From positions 310,001-374,000 of the forward strand of contig CBFDEM010000038.1 of assembly GCA_965603825.1 (NCBI GenBank): a DNA stretch of 64,000 nt, in the 5' to 3' direction. Source of the DNA: Blepharisma stoltei ATCC 30299 (taxonomy: Eukaryota > Protista > Ciliophora). Shown here one piece after another: positions 48,260 through 58,780 of the stretch. The translations under genes were made by a program, and so were the position numbers. The notes beneath the pieces were generated by a model. The model had not been told where the DNA came from. It did not search any database and saw only the letters and a list, made by a program, of their open reading frames with translations. Numbering within the stretch: position 1 is the stretch's first letter; each line of letters begins with the position of its first letter.

Positions 48260-50125
48260 ATGACATTTCTTACGCCTTTGTTCCTGTTAGGTTTATTAGC
48301 AGTTCATGTTAATTCGTATGGAGCTACTCTGTTGGGAAACAAGCCTGATGACAACGATAACATGATCCCTCTTAAGCCAATCAGTTCTTGGCCGTCTTAT
48401 CTCTTTTGGGGCAATTACAATAGCACTCTTTATCCACCTGGAAATTATCTGACTCAGCCCAGAAACCAGCACATCCCAGTCTACTGCGGAGCTTGCTGGG
48501 TGTTTTCAGCAGTATCTGCAATGTCAGACCGCTTGAGAATTGCTAGGAAAATGGCCTGGCCTGAAATTCTGCTTGCTCCTCAACCTGTTCTTAGCTGCTA
48601 TCAAACTGATGAGATGCAAGGATGCCACGGAGGAGACCATATGAACACCTATTGGTTTATCAAAGAAAACGGAATTACTGACGAATCTTGCAGCCCTTAT
48701 AGAGCAGGAAGCTATTATGAAGAAGAAAACAATGTCCCATGCACTAATGACGTATGGTGCAAGAACTGCGAACCAGCTGGAAATTGCTTTATTCCTGCAA
48801 CTTATCAGAAATGGTACATTTCTGAGTGGGCAAATTTGACAACGCTTGCATCACAAGGATCAGGAGAATTGGCTATGATTAATGCTTTACAATATGGCCC
48901 TATCTCCTGCAGTGTCTGTGCTACCCACTCATTTGAAACCTATTATAAAGGATTCGAAATATGGAACGATACTGAAAACTGCTTAGAAACTAACCACGAT
49001 ATTTCAGTCGTCGGATATGGAACAGAAAATGGAGTTGACTATTGGATCGTCAGAAATTCATGGGGTACTTACTTTGGAAATGAAGGGTTCTTTAGAGTTG
49101 TCAGAGGTGTAGCAAATTCTACATGGAACATGCTAATAGAAACCCAATGCGCCTACGCCAATGTATCATCTACTCCTGTGATTGTAGACCAATCCCAATT
49201 AATTGAAGAGATCTCTAAGCCTTCATTAAGAGGCTACAAAGAAGTAGTTGAGCTTCCTGAAGAAAAACCAGCTGAAGAAACTAAAAGAAAATACAACAGA
49301 GTGCCTAAGCTGTTCTTTGAAAATGGAGAAAGAATTACTGAGCCAAGGCCTCATCAGCTCTTAAAAGCTAGCGATTTACCAGCTGCGTGGGATTGGAGAA
49401 ACGTCAGTGGCCAAAATTACGTGTCTTGGACTAAAAACCAGCACATTCCTCAATACTGTGGAAGCTGCTGGGCACATGGTCCAACTTCTTCACTATCAGA
49501 CAGAATCAACATTTTAAGAGGCAATAAATGGCCTAGAATCACCTTAGCTCCACAAGTAATTCTAAACTGCCATGGAGGTGGCAGCTGCGACGGAGGTAAC
49601 CCAGGCGGTGTTTACGAGTTTATCGCAACCCATGGTATTACTGACGACACCTGCCAACAATATACTGCCGCAAACCCTGCAGAAGCTTCCTGCTCACCAG
49701 TCCAAAACTGCATGACCTGTTGGGAACTCAACAATAGGACTAACTGTCCAGCAGTCTCCGACCCAATCACCTACACAGTCAGTCAATACGGCGCTGTAAA
49801 CGGTGCTTTTAGAATGAAAGCAGAAATTTACAAGAACGGGCCTATCGGATGTGGAATTCAAGCCACGCCAAAGTTCGAGAACTATACAAGTGGAGTTTTT
49901 GAAGAATTCATCCCATGGATCTCTATTAACCATGAAATCGCTGTTGTAGGATGGGGAGTCGCTGATGATGGAACTGAGTACTGGATCGGCAGAAACTCCT
50001 GGGGAACTTATTGGGGACAAGAAGGGTTCTTCTACATCAAGATGTACGAAAATAACTTGGGGATTGAAACAGACTGCGACTGGGGCATTCCTGTTTACCC
50101 TACAACTCCTCCATATAGTGTCTAA
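48260..50125 (+). CDS. CTSZ: Tandem two-domain cathepsin Z/X-like cysteine protease
   Basis: Signal peptide; two papain domains each with NQHIP.YCG.CW (cathepsin X HIP insertion), NH.I.VVG and RNSWG. Confidence 0.95.
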   Translation: MTFLTPLFLLGLLAVHVNSYGATLLGNKPDDNDNMIPLKPISSWPSYLFWGNYNSTLYPPGNYLTQPRNQHIPVYCGACWVFSAVSAMSDRLRIARKMAWPEILLAPQPVLSCYQTDEMQGCHGGDHMNTYWFIKENGITDESCSPYRAGSYYEEENNVPCTNDVWCKNCEPAGNCFIPATYQKWYISEWANLTTLASQGSGELAMINALQYGPISCSVCATHSFETYYKGFEIWNDTENCLETNHDISVVGYGTENGVDYWIVRNSWGTYFGNEGFFRVVRGVANSTWNMLIETQCAYANVSSTPVIVDQSQLIEEISKPSLRGYKEVVELPEEKPAEETKRKYNRVPKLFFENGERITEPRPHQLLKASDLPAAWDWRNVSGQNYVSWTKNQHIPQYCGSCWAHGPTSSLSDRINILRGNKWPRITLAPQVILNCHGGGSCDGGNPGGVYEFIATHGITDDTCQQYTAANPAEASCSPVQNCMTCWELNNRTNCPAVSDPITYTVSQYGAVNGAFRMKAEIYKNGPIGCGIQATPKFENYTSGVFEEFIPWISINHEIAVVGWGVADDGTEYWIGRNSWGTYWGQEGFFYIKMYENNLGIETDCDWGIPVYPTTPPYSV

Positions 50126-50148
50126 TCATTTTCTTGAATATTTATTAG

Positions 50149-50499
50149 TTAGCTTGTAAGGTCTGCGTACATGTTTTCTCTGATTTGGTCGAGATCTGGA
50201 TAAGTGACATTTCCGGAACTGTCTGTGTGGGTAGGGACATAGTAGTCTTTGAAGTAAATTGTAGTGCTTTCTATCATGTATTTCATTATTAATGGGTCAT
50301 TGTCGGGGCTGCTTGGCTCTGATACAATTTCAGCTTCGGCTTGGGCCATTAAACCTTCAGCGTCATTTGAGCTTGCTTCAGTGTCTGCACTTGTAGCGAC
50401 CTGGGCTGCTTTTATGGCTTCTTGCTGCAGAAATGAGTGCCTAAAAATCCTTTCACTTATAAGCAAGTGAAAGAAAGCTATAAGAAAGATCGCTTTCAT
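50149..50499 (-). CDS. Small acidic secreted protein (116 aa)
   Basis: MKAIFLIAFFHLLIS signal peptide starting at ATG 50499, SFLQ motif, acidic Ala-rich body; TAA stop. Confidence 0.65.
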   Translation of the reverse strand: MKAIFLIAFFHLLISERIFRHSFLQQEAIKAAQVATSADTEASSNDAEGLMAQAEAEIVSEPSSPDNDPLIMKYMIESTTIYFKDYYVPTHTDSSGNVTYPDLDQIRENMYADLTS

Positions 50500-50558
50500 T
50501 ATCCGTTTATAAACAAATAACTTACATATTTTAATTTCATTGAGTAATGCAAATTTAA

Positions 50559-53500
50559 ATGTCGTCAAGATCTTCTACCCGAGAAAGAGAAAGACCTAGG
50601 AACTCTCCTTATCAGCATTATAAACAAGATATATATAAGCCACCATCAATGGAAAGTATTCTTGCTAGTCTAAGCACCAAAGTGAAATCTTTAGAAGACA
50701 AGTATATGGATTTCGTCAACTATTGTGCCAGACTACTAATGGAAAATAAAGCAATCATTGAAAAAAGGCTGGAAAATGACATAACCACAAACTCCACAAA
50801 TTACTATAGTGAGCACAGTACAGATAAAGAAAAAATCGATAAAGACTTAGAATTTGTGATGAGTGTAAAAAATTCTTATTCATCCCCCAGAAATTTTGAC
50901 ACTTTTGATAGGTTTTCTCATTATATAAAAGAAGCAGAAGAAGAGATTTTAAATTTATGTGTAAATGATATTTTTGATATGGACAGCAATGAAATTAAGC
51001 GTAATGTTTTGCAAATATTCAATATTTTATCCCGCCAAATTTCTGAAATTGTAACAATAAGTGGCTCTTCACAAGAATTAAATGAAAAAATACTTGTTTT
51101 GACTACAGAAAAAAATAAGCTAGAAGAAATTTTGGAAGAAAAAAGATCTAGTGATTTACAGATAATGAGAGAAAAAATGAGTAAATTGGAAGAGCTTGAA
51201 AAAGAATTAGCAAAAAAAGAGCTGGATTTAAATAATGAAATTGGGGAGAATAGGAAAAAATATGAAAATGAGAGGCAAGAGATCATTAATAGCTATTGCA
51301 AAAAAATTAAACAATTAGAGCAGGATATTCAAAACTTTAAAGAAGAAAGACAGTCATTGACTTTAGCGTTAAATGAAGCTGAAGAAAGGCAGAAAATGAT
51401 TGAGCCGATGCTAAAAAAGTATGAAGAATTAAAAATCAGCAGCAAAAAACTAGCTGCAGCTGCAGAAAATTATGAAAAATTGTATGAGTCAGTTAAAGGG
51501 TGAGCAGAGAACGAATTTTCTAATGCAAATATGGGATTTGATGAAAAATTCAGAGAATACAATAAAAGGATTGATGAATTTGCTAGCAAATTTGAAAAAT
51601 TAAAGCAGCAGTGCAAGCAATATCTTGAAAAGCATTTAGAAAAAGTCTTAATCATGAACAAACAAATAAAAGCAAAAAATGATGAAAATACCAAAAAGGA
51701 AATAAAGGACTGCAAAGATAAATTTGATTCCATTTTGCAAAAAAATAAAGCTGAAAATGAAATGAAATTCAAGAAACTTACAGAAATTATTGGAGATCTT
51801 GAAGAGGACAGAGCTCAAATGACCAAAAAATATAAAGAAATTGAAGCAGAAAATATAATTTTGAAAGAAAAATGCAGCAAAATTTCTGAATATGAAAAAG
51901 AGGCAAGGGAAATTGAAGAAATTTATTCGCAGTTTAAGAAACTTAAAGAAAGCTATTCAACGTCATTGAAACACATAAAAGCAAAAGAAAATGAAATTGG
52001 GCAGCTAAAGATGGTGAATAAAGAAAATGAAGAAAAAATAATCCAGCTTTCAAAGGCAAACTCAAACCAGGAAATTTCTATTCAAAAGCTGCAAACTGAG
52101 CTTGAAGAGAAAATCCATAATTATGAAGAAGAAATTGGAAAATTAAATAAAACTATACTTCAGAATGAATCAAAAGAGGACCAATTGATAAGAGAAATAG
52201 AAGAACTCAATATAATTAAAGAAAAAATTATAAATGAAATAAAAGAAAAAGAAGAAGAAATAATTCAGTTATCGAGACTATTGGATGAGAAATCAGAATC
52301 TTTAAAGGATACCTTGGAGAAATTAGAAGATTTGCAAGAAAGCTATGAAATAAAGATAAAAGAAAGCAATGGTGAAAATAATTTATTGAGATCAGAAAAT
52401 GAAGAAATAATCATAGAAAATAACGCGGTAAGATCAGAAAACGAAGAAATAGCTATTGAAAACAATAAGCTAAAAGAAGAAATGAAAAATTTCGATTTAC
52501 GAGAAATAAACCATAAAAAACAATATGACCAAGTAAAGAAAAAAATTGATGAATTAGAAGATTGTATCACTATTTTGCAAGAAGAAAATATCGAAATGTC
52601 CAACCGTTTAAAATCTCAAGATATATTAGTAGATGACCTTAATAAGAAATATGCCGATAGTGAAAAATCATGTGCAGAGTTAAATGCAGAAAATATAAGA
52701 ACAATTAATATTATTAAAAGCATGAGCAATGATATCCGTAATTTGGAAAATGATAGGAATATAAAAGATGAAGAAATCATAAAAAGCGAAAAATTATGTT
52801 CAGAACTAAATGCAGAAAATATAAGAATGGCTAATAATATTCAAAGCATGAATAATGATATTCAAAATATGAAAAATGAGATAAAGGTTAAAAATGAAGA
52901 AATTATAAAAAGTGACCAAGAACTTATGATAATTAAAGATGAAAATAGAATTTTATCTAAAAAACTTTATGAAAGTACTAAAGAGTGCCAGGATTCTCAA
53001 AATAAAACTGTATATTATTTGTCAAATTATAGCAGTGTTCTCAACTCGATGATTGAATCGTTGTCCATTCGATATGAATCTGCTATAAAAATCACTAAAG
53101 AAAAACTGTGTAAAGCAGAAAAAAGCATTTACAAGCTACAAAATATTTTGCCCTCATTAATTGATGCAAAAATCATCAAATTATCTAAATTGAATACCCA
53201 AATTACTGATTTGACAGAGGCAAAAATCATGAATATGATTAATGAGAAACAGCATGGACTTGAGTATTTAATCAATGAATCTGAAGGATTTTTATTGTCA
53301 AGAATAGAGACTGTAAATGAAAATATTGAAGCAAAACTCCAATCAGATGAAATTCTGTCAAAAAAGCTTGAAAACTTGGTAAAAGAATACAACTTAATAA
53401 AAGAAGAGGTCAGTAGTACACCAGACGTAGAATGGATATATAAGGATATGGAGAACTTAAAAAAGTCGTTATTTGATATAGAAAGCAAATGAAAGCAAGC

Positions 53501-54674
53501 TACAAGTGAAATAGAACTCAAAGAAATCGAACTAAATTCATATAAAGAAAGGATTTTCTCTATGGAAAATGAAATTAGTATGCTAAAGCAATATAAAGAA
53601 AGAAGCTTTTTAATGGAAAATGAAATCGAAATTCTAAAAAATAATTTGGCAGAAAAAGAAAGTAACAATAACAGTGAAATGCTGCTTCTTGAACTAAACT
53701 CTTTGCAGGTAAAATATGATCATGCCTACAAAGACTTAGTAGATGCAAGAAGCGATCTTGATAAGGCTAAACGAGATATAGAAAAACTTTCAATTGAAAA
53801 TTCTAATCAAAATAGAATATCAGTGTCTGAACATCAAGAACAAATTGAGAATTTGCAAATGCAGCTTAATGAAAGCTTAAATAATGAAAATGTACTTAAA
53901 ACACAAATAGAAGAGCTGAGAAATGATATAACAGGGCTGACTGTGCTCAATAATGAAATTCAAAAACAGAGGTATTCTCTTGAGTCAAATTCTAAAGATT
54001 CAGAGCAAAAGCTAGAGCACGAAATAAAACAGCTTGAAGATCGTATTCAACTTAGAGAAGAAAAGATTGCAGAATTAGAATGCTATATTAGCTCAGCAGA
54101 AGAAGCACTAGGAGGATTCTTTGATGAGAATTTAGAAAAATCCATTAAAAATTTAGTATCACAGCGTACCCAAGCTATTAAAAAGCCTCCCAGACCTCTT
54201 CCTGCTTCATCAAAATTCCGAAGCCGATCTAGAGAGCACACTACAAATATCGAGCACAATGAGCCTATAGTAATCTGCAATACTGAAGACTCCAAAAATT
54301 CTGACAGATCCTGGTCATCCCTTCCTCCTCCAGAATCAGAACTGCAAGAAGAGTTAAAAGAGCAGCTTAACATAGGAGAAACTCAAACTAAACAAATTAA
54401 GCTTCTAAAAGAAAATATCAGAGACTTAGAAAATCAATTGAAAAGAGCAGAAAGGTTTAAGGAAACTGAAGGCAACTTTAATATTGAAATGTTGAAAGAC
54501 CTTATGATGAAACTAATAAAAATAATGCCTCCACTTACAAATGAAGCAGAAGGGATGATAACTGTAATTCTCACAATGATGTCTGTACCAAAAAATGAAA
54601 TGAACCAGCTTCAAGATGAAAGAAGGAATTTAAAGTCGTCAGGTGGCCTTTTTAAATTTTTCAATAAAAAATAA
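50559..54674 (+). CDS. Long coiled-coil protein with C-terminal GRIP-like domain (golgin-like, 1371 aa)
   Basis: Three track ORFs in one frame joined by TGA 51501-51503 and 53490-53492; E/K-rich heptads; NIEMLKDLMMKL...MITVILTMM.VP..E resembles GRIP. Confidence 0.8.
52389..52913 (+). repeat. Internal coding tandem duplications in the golgin-like gene (2 x 42 bp; 2 x 126 bp)
   Basis: AGATCAGAAAA.GAAGAAATA at 52389 and 52431; SEK.C.ELNAENIR...EEIIKS units starting at 52659 and 52785. Confidence 0.8.
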
Positions 54675-54806
54675 GTTGTAATTTCATTATATCTCGAATT
54701 GTAAAATTGTTTTAGTATTTTTTAATTTTTAAAATTAAGTGAAATATTTCAATAAAGTGCCTGGTCATAAAACTTCACCACAAAATTCTGCATTTATATT
54801 TTTATA

Positions 54807-55859
54807 ATGAATTACTCTTTCTTATCTACACGAGAAACTTTTGAACTTCCAGAGTTCAATCTATCTTGTGGTATCGAACAATCACCGACTTTATCAGCTC
54901 TAGTCTCATCTTTTAGATCATATGAAGATAGTGAGCTACCTCACAAAGAAGGATGGCTCAAAAAAAAGTCACCAAAGGTACTCAAAGGATGGCAGTCTAG
55001 ATATTTTGTGCTATCAAACAAAGTTTTATCATACTATTCTGACGAAAATAAAGAAAATCCTCTAGGGCTATTAAACTTTGACCAGATTTCGGTAAAAATC
55101 ATAATAAAGCCAAAAATTTGCCCAACTAATCTGCTAATTATGCCTTTAGGGAGCAAGCGTGTGTTTCATCTAAAATCTAAATATACCGCAGAAATTTCAT
55201 CATGAGCCAGAGCATTGCAAGTTCACATCGATGACTCTTTAGGCAAGCAAGAAGACTTGCCTAACCTTTCTGAGACAACTAAATTTTGAAAATATAACAG
55301 AGTATCTCAAGGAGTCTTTCTAAATGACGTTTCAACTGGCGATATTTTACTATTCCGAAGCAAATTATTTGCATCAAAGCTCCAGCGATGTGCTACAAGA
55401 AGTGATTATGATCATGTAGCAATGATTCTAAAATATGAAGATGGAGAAATTGGCTTTCTTGAAGCAACGCTTCAAGAAGGAGTAAATATTACCTTATGAG
55501 ATACCTACTGGATGGACAATTGGCATACTCTATATAAAAGAATAGCATATAGAAACTTAGAAATAGAACGATCAGAAACTACCTTAAAAAAATTAGAGAA
55601 TTTCCTAAATGGTGCTATTGGGAAAAGATTCAAAATTTCCCTCGGTAAATTAGTACATAAATATCAATATAAAGAGCCAGGTACAGAAAAACACTTTTTT
55701 TGCAGCGAACTTATCGCATCGACATATAAAGCTATGGGATTGTTGCCAACCCATATTTCATCATCTAGTTATTGGCCTGGAGACTTTTCAGCTGCCCACA
55801 AGCTTAAGCTTCTAAAAGGAAGCTTAGGCCCTGAAAAAGTCATAGATATGTCTTTATAA
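54807..55859 (+). CDS. PH domain + permuted papain-like (NlpC/P60, YiiX/YebB-like) enzyme (350 aa)
   Basis: KEGWLKKK....WQSRYFVL PH domain ending EISS-W(TGA)-ARAL; TGDILLF, YDHVAM, FLEA, FFCSELIA..Y, WPGDF (His before Cys). Three TGAs. Confidence 0.85.
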
Positions 55860-55889
55860 TGTAAAAATCATTTTTGGTAATTTTAAATT

Positions 55890-56885
55890 ATGAGTGGAAG
55901 AATCGCTCCTCAAAGCCCAGAACCTAAGAAAAATAAGCCAACAGCAAAGCCTTTCTTTCAGCAAACTAAAAAAGGTTATCGACCTTTACCAACAGTCCTT
56001 TCTACAGTCCTTATTTTTACCGCAGTCGGGTTATTTTTTATCCTTTTTGGGAGCATAATTCTTTCATACTCTTTAGACATAATTGAGCACTCCAAGCGAT
56101 ACGACAACGTAGGTGACTGTATTAACACCAAATGAAATGATACCCAATACTGCAATATTACAATAGATATCGATGAAGATATGAACGCTCCTGTGTTTTT
56201 TTATTACTCACTGTCAAATTTCTATCAAAATCATTGAAATTATATGAGATCATATTCTCAATATCAATTATTAGGAAGCAATCTTTCGAAAAGTGACTTA
56301 GATAACTGCATTCCTGTATACACAATGAAAGATTTAGGACTTGAAGATAATGCTATACAAGAAGGGGCATGAAATCTTTCTAACTCAGCTGTAGCTTTTC
56401 CTTGTGGACTTACTGCGAAGTGGTTTTTTAATGACACATTTGAAATGTGAAGTCCAAGAAAAGAGAAAGTTTTTATACATGAGGATGATATAGCGTGGAG
56501 TTCTGATAAGGACAGAAAATTTAATAATATGCATAAGTGAAAGAAGTCGCAATGAAAAGATGTAGAGGACGGTAAGAAATAACTAGAACATTTTATGGTT
56601 TGGATGAGAAGCTCAAGTTTTTCAACATTTAAAAAATTGTGAGGAAGAATTGAAGACGATTTAGATGCAGGGACTTATACAATACAAATACATAGCCACT
56701 ATGACCAAAATGCGTTCAATGGGGAAAAATGGGTTGAGATCTCGACAGCTAGTGCGCTTGGAGGTAAAAATGATTTGTTAGGGATCGCATTTTTGAGTTT
56801 CGGAGGGTTTGTACTGGTTATTGCTGTAGCATTTGGGGTCAGGGGGTGGATTTTCAAAAACCCTAGAGATTTGCATTATGATTAA
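55890..56885 (+). CDS. CDC50: CDC50/LEM3 P4-ATPase flippase beta subunit (326 aa)
   Basis: F.QQ....RP, PVFFYY.L.NFYQNH, PCGL.A...FNDTF, IAW.SD, EHFMVWMR (after splicing), KL-W(TGA)-GRI, LGGKN..LGIAFL. Seven TGAs and one intron. Confidence 0.93.
56572..56586 (+). other. 15-nt spliceosomal intron (GTAAGAAATAACTAG)
   Basis: Removal gives GAC G|AA CAT = D-E-H-F-M-V-W-M-R, the conserved CDC50 motif. Confidence 0.92.
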
Positions 56886-56996
56886 AAGCCCCTTGTACTT
56901 TATTTCACCTTAATGTTTTTATCTATTGAAAAAGAAGTAATTTAGTTTTCTTTCTGTAACTGACATTGCAATGATATAATTTTAATAATTTCTAAA

Positions 56997-58724
56997 ATGA
57001 TTGGAAAGCCTAGCAGTTATAACTATTTGGTAAATAGAGGTAAATTTTACATAGACGATCTCACAGCATTGAATGCTATAAATCAAGGTGGCTATCCTCA
57101 ACAACGATCTCCAGAACGCGCAGCAAGAAACCCATTAAAAGTAGATGACATTCAAGGAGCCTCATCAAAGAGCAGTTACCTAAAACCAGGAACACAGAAA
57201 TACCCAACTAGCCAAGGTCCACAAGGTCTTAGTCTTCCTAGCTATGACCAAGGATACCAAAATCCTCCTTCATCTGATCATAATCGAAGATTTCAAAGCA
57301 ACCCACGATCTTTAATGGCTCCCTATGCAGTCCTAGAAGACAACCCTCCTGATCTCCTTGCCAGACGACAAATGGGCGAAATAGTCCAACAAAAAGAAGC
57401 CAAAATGAGCAGAAATCCAATGCCTAATCAGCCCTATTCAAATTACCCTCCTCAAGCCCGTCTAGGAGCATTCCCTACTGCCGTAAATAACCAAATTACA
57501 GACTCCGTTATCCAAAGAAAGCCAAATTATACAGATTTCCCTCCTAGCCTAAACCCTCAGATCACAGATTCTGTTGTCCAAATGAACGTCAATATTTCAC
57601 CAAACGATGAAGCTTATTTAAGAAACGCCGCATTGTTTTTTGGAGTTGATCTACAATCAGATTCTAATCCATATGCTGGACAAATTAATCGACAAATGAT
57701 GGATAATCCAAATGTCCCTAGAAATGACTCTAATTACCAGAAAAATGCTGCTAAATTCTTTGGAATTACCCCGCCTCCTACAGGGTATCCTATGAGAGGT
57801 GAGTTAAGAAGTGACGCAAATATGCCGTCTTATAATGATAGAGTCTATATAAAAAATGCTGCAAAATTCTATGGAGTAACCCCACCTCAGACTGGAGATG
57901 TAAGCCAAGCTGTTAGAGGAAATTTTGGTGGGGATCAGTATACGTCAGTGAATGACCCAAAATATGCTAAAAATGCAGCAAAGTTTTATGGAATCACTCC
58001 ACCGCCCACTGGATTTCTCCAGCAAAGCCAAAATTATCAACAAATAAGCTCTCAGCAAATAAATATTTCGCCAAATGATTTGGCATATCAAGCCAATGCA
58101 GCAAGATTCTTTGGAGTTGACCCACCCCAAACTACGCACAATAATTACTCTCAGCCTGAAGTTTCGTATAACGATCCAGTTTATAAAAAAAATGCTTCAA
58201 AATTCTACGGTGTCACCCCTCAGGCAACAGGTAATAATTTTGCTCAAGAAAACATTTATTCTCCTTCCTATAATGATCCAAAATATCAAAGAGATGCTGC
58301 AAATTTTTATGGAGTTACTCCATTACCAAGCAGAGGAGGACCTGAAATGATGCAGAATATAGGATCTAAAAACCCTGGAAGCTATAATGATTTTTCAAGA
58401 CAAAACATAGACAATGCATATGCTAAAAATGCAGCTATTTTTTTTGGGGTAAGTCCTCCTAATTCAGCAGGAAATGATGGATTAATGGCTAGGAACGAAA
58501 AACCAATGGCGAATTATTTTGAAATGGCACCTACTCAAGGCGGAATAAATCCTCAACAAGATCCAAAGTATATGAAAAATGCTGCAAAGTTTTATGGGAT
58601 TACACCGCCACCTACAGGATATAATTATGGCGCCGGAGGTAGCCCACAAATGATGAATCAATATAATAGTTATGCAAGTAACAAGCCAGGACTAGCTGCG
58701 AATGCAAGAAGGATATTTGGGTAA
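56997..58724 (+). CDS. Low-complexity N/P/Q/Y-rich protein with repeated NAAKFYG motif
   Basis: 575-aa ORF; nine NDPxYxKNAAKF(Y/F)G(V/I)TPPxTG-like repeats; TAA stop. Confidence 0.88.
   Translation: MIGKPSSYNYLVNRGKFYIDDLTALNAINQGGYPQQRSPERAARNPLKVDDIQGASSKSSYLKPGTQKYPTSQGPQGLSLPSYDQGYQNPPSSDHNRRFQSNPRSLMAPYAVLEDNPPDLLARRQMGEIVQQKEAKMSRNPMPNQPYSNYPPQARLGAFPTAVNNQITDSVIQRKPNYTDFPPSLNPQITDSVVQMNVNISPNDEAYLRNAALFFGVDLQSDSNPYAGQINRQMMDNPNVPRNDSNYQKNAAKFFGITPPPTGYPMRGELRSDANMPSYNDRVYIKNAAKFYGVTPPQTGDVSQAVRGNFGGDQYTSVNDPKYAKNAAKFYGITPPPTGFLQQSQNYQQISSQQINISPNDLAYQANAARFFGVDPPQTTHNNYSQPEVSYNDPVYKKNASKFYGVTPQATGNNFAQENIYSPSYNDPKYQRDAANFYGVTPLPSRGGPEMMQNIGSKNPGSYNDFSRQNIDNAYAKNAAIFFGVSPPNSAGNDGLMARNEKPMANYFEMAPTQGGINPQQDPKYMKNAAKFYGITPPPTGYNYGAGGSPQMMNQYNSYASNKPGLAANARRIFG
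57594..58721 (+). repeat. Protein-level repeat array, 9 copies plus a degenerate terminal copy
   Basis: YLRNAALFFG, YQKNAAKFFG, YIKNAAKFYG, YAKNAAKFYG, YQANAARFFG, YKKNASKFYG, YQRDAANFYG, YAKNAAIFFG, YMKNAAKFYG, terminal LAANARRIFG. Confidence 0.92.
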
Positions 58725-58780
58725 TATTAACATTTTACTAGGGTAAATTTATATTAAATCTGTTGTTTTCTTTTATGTAA

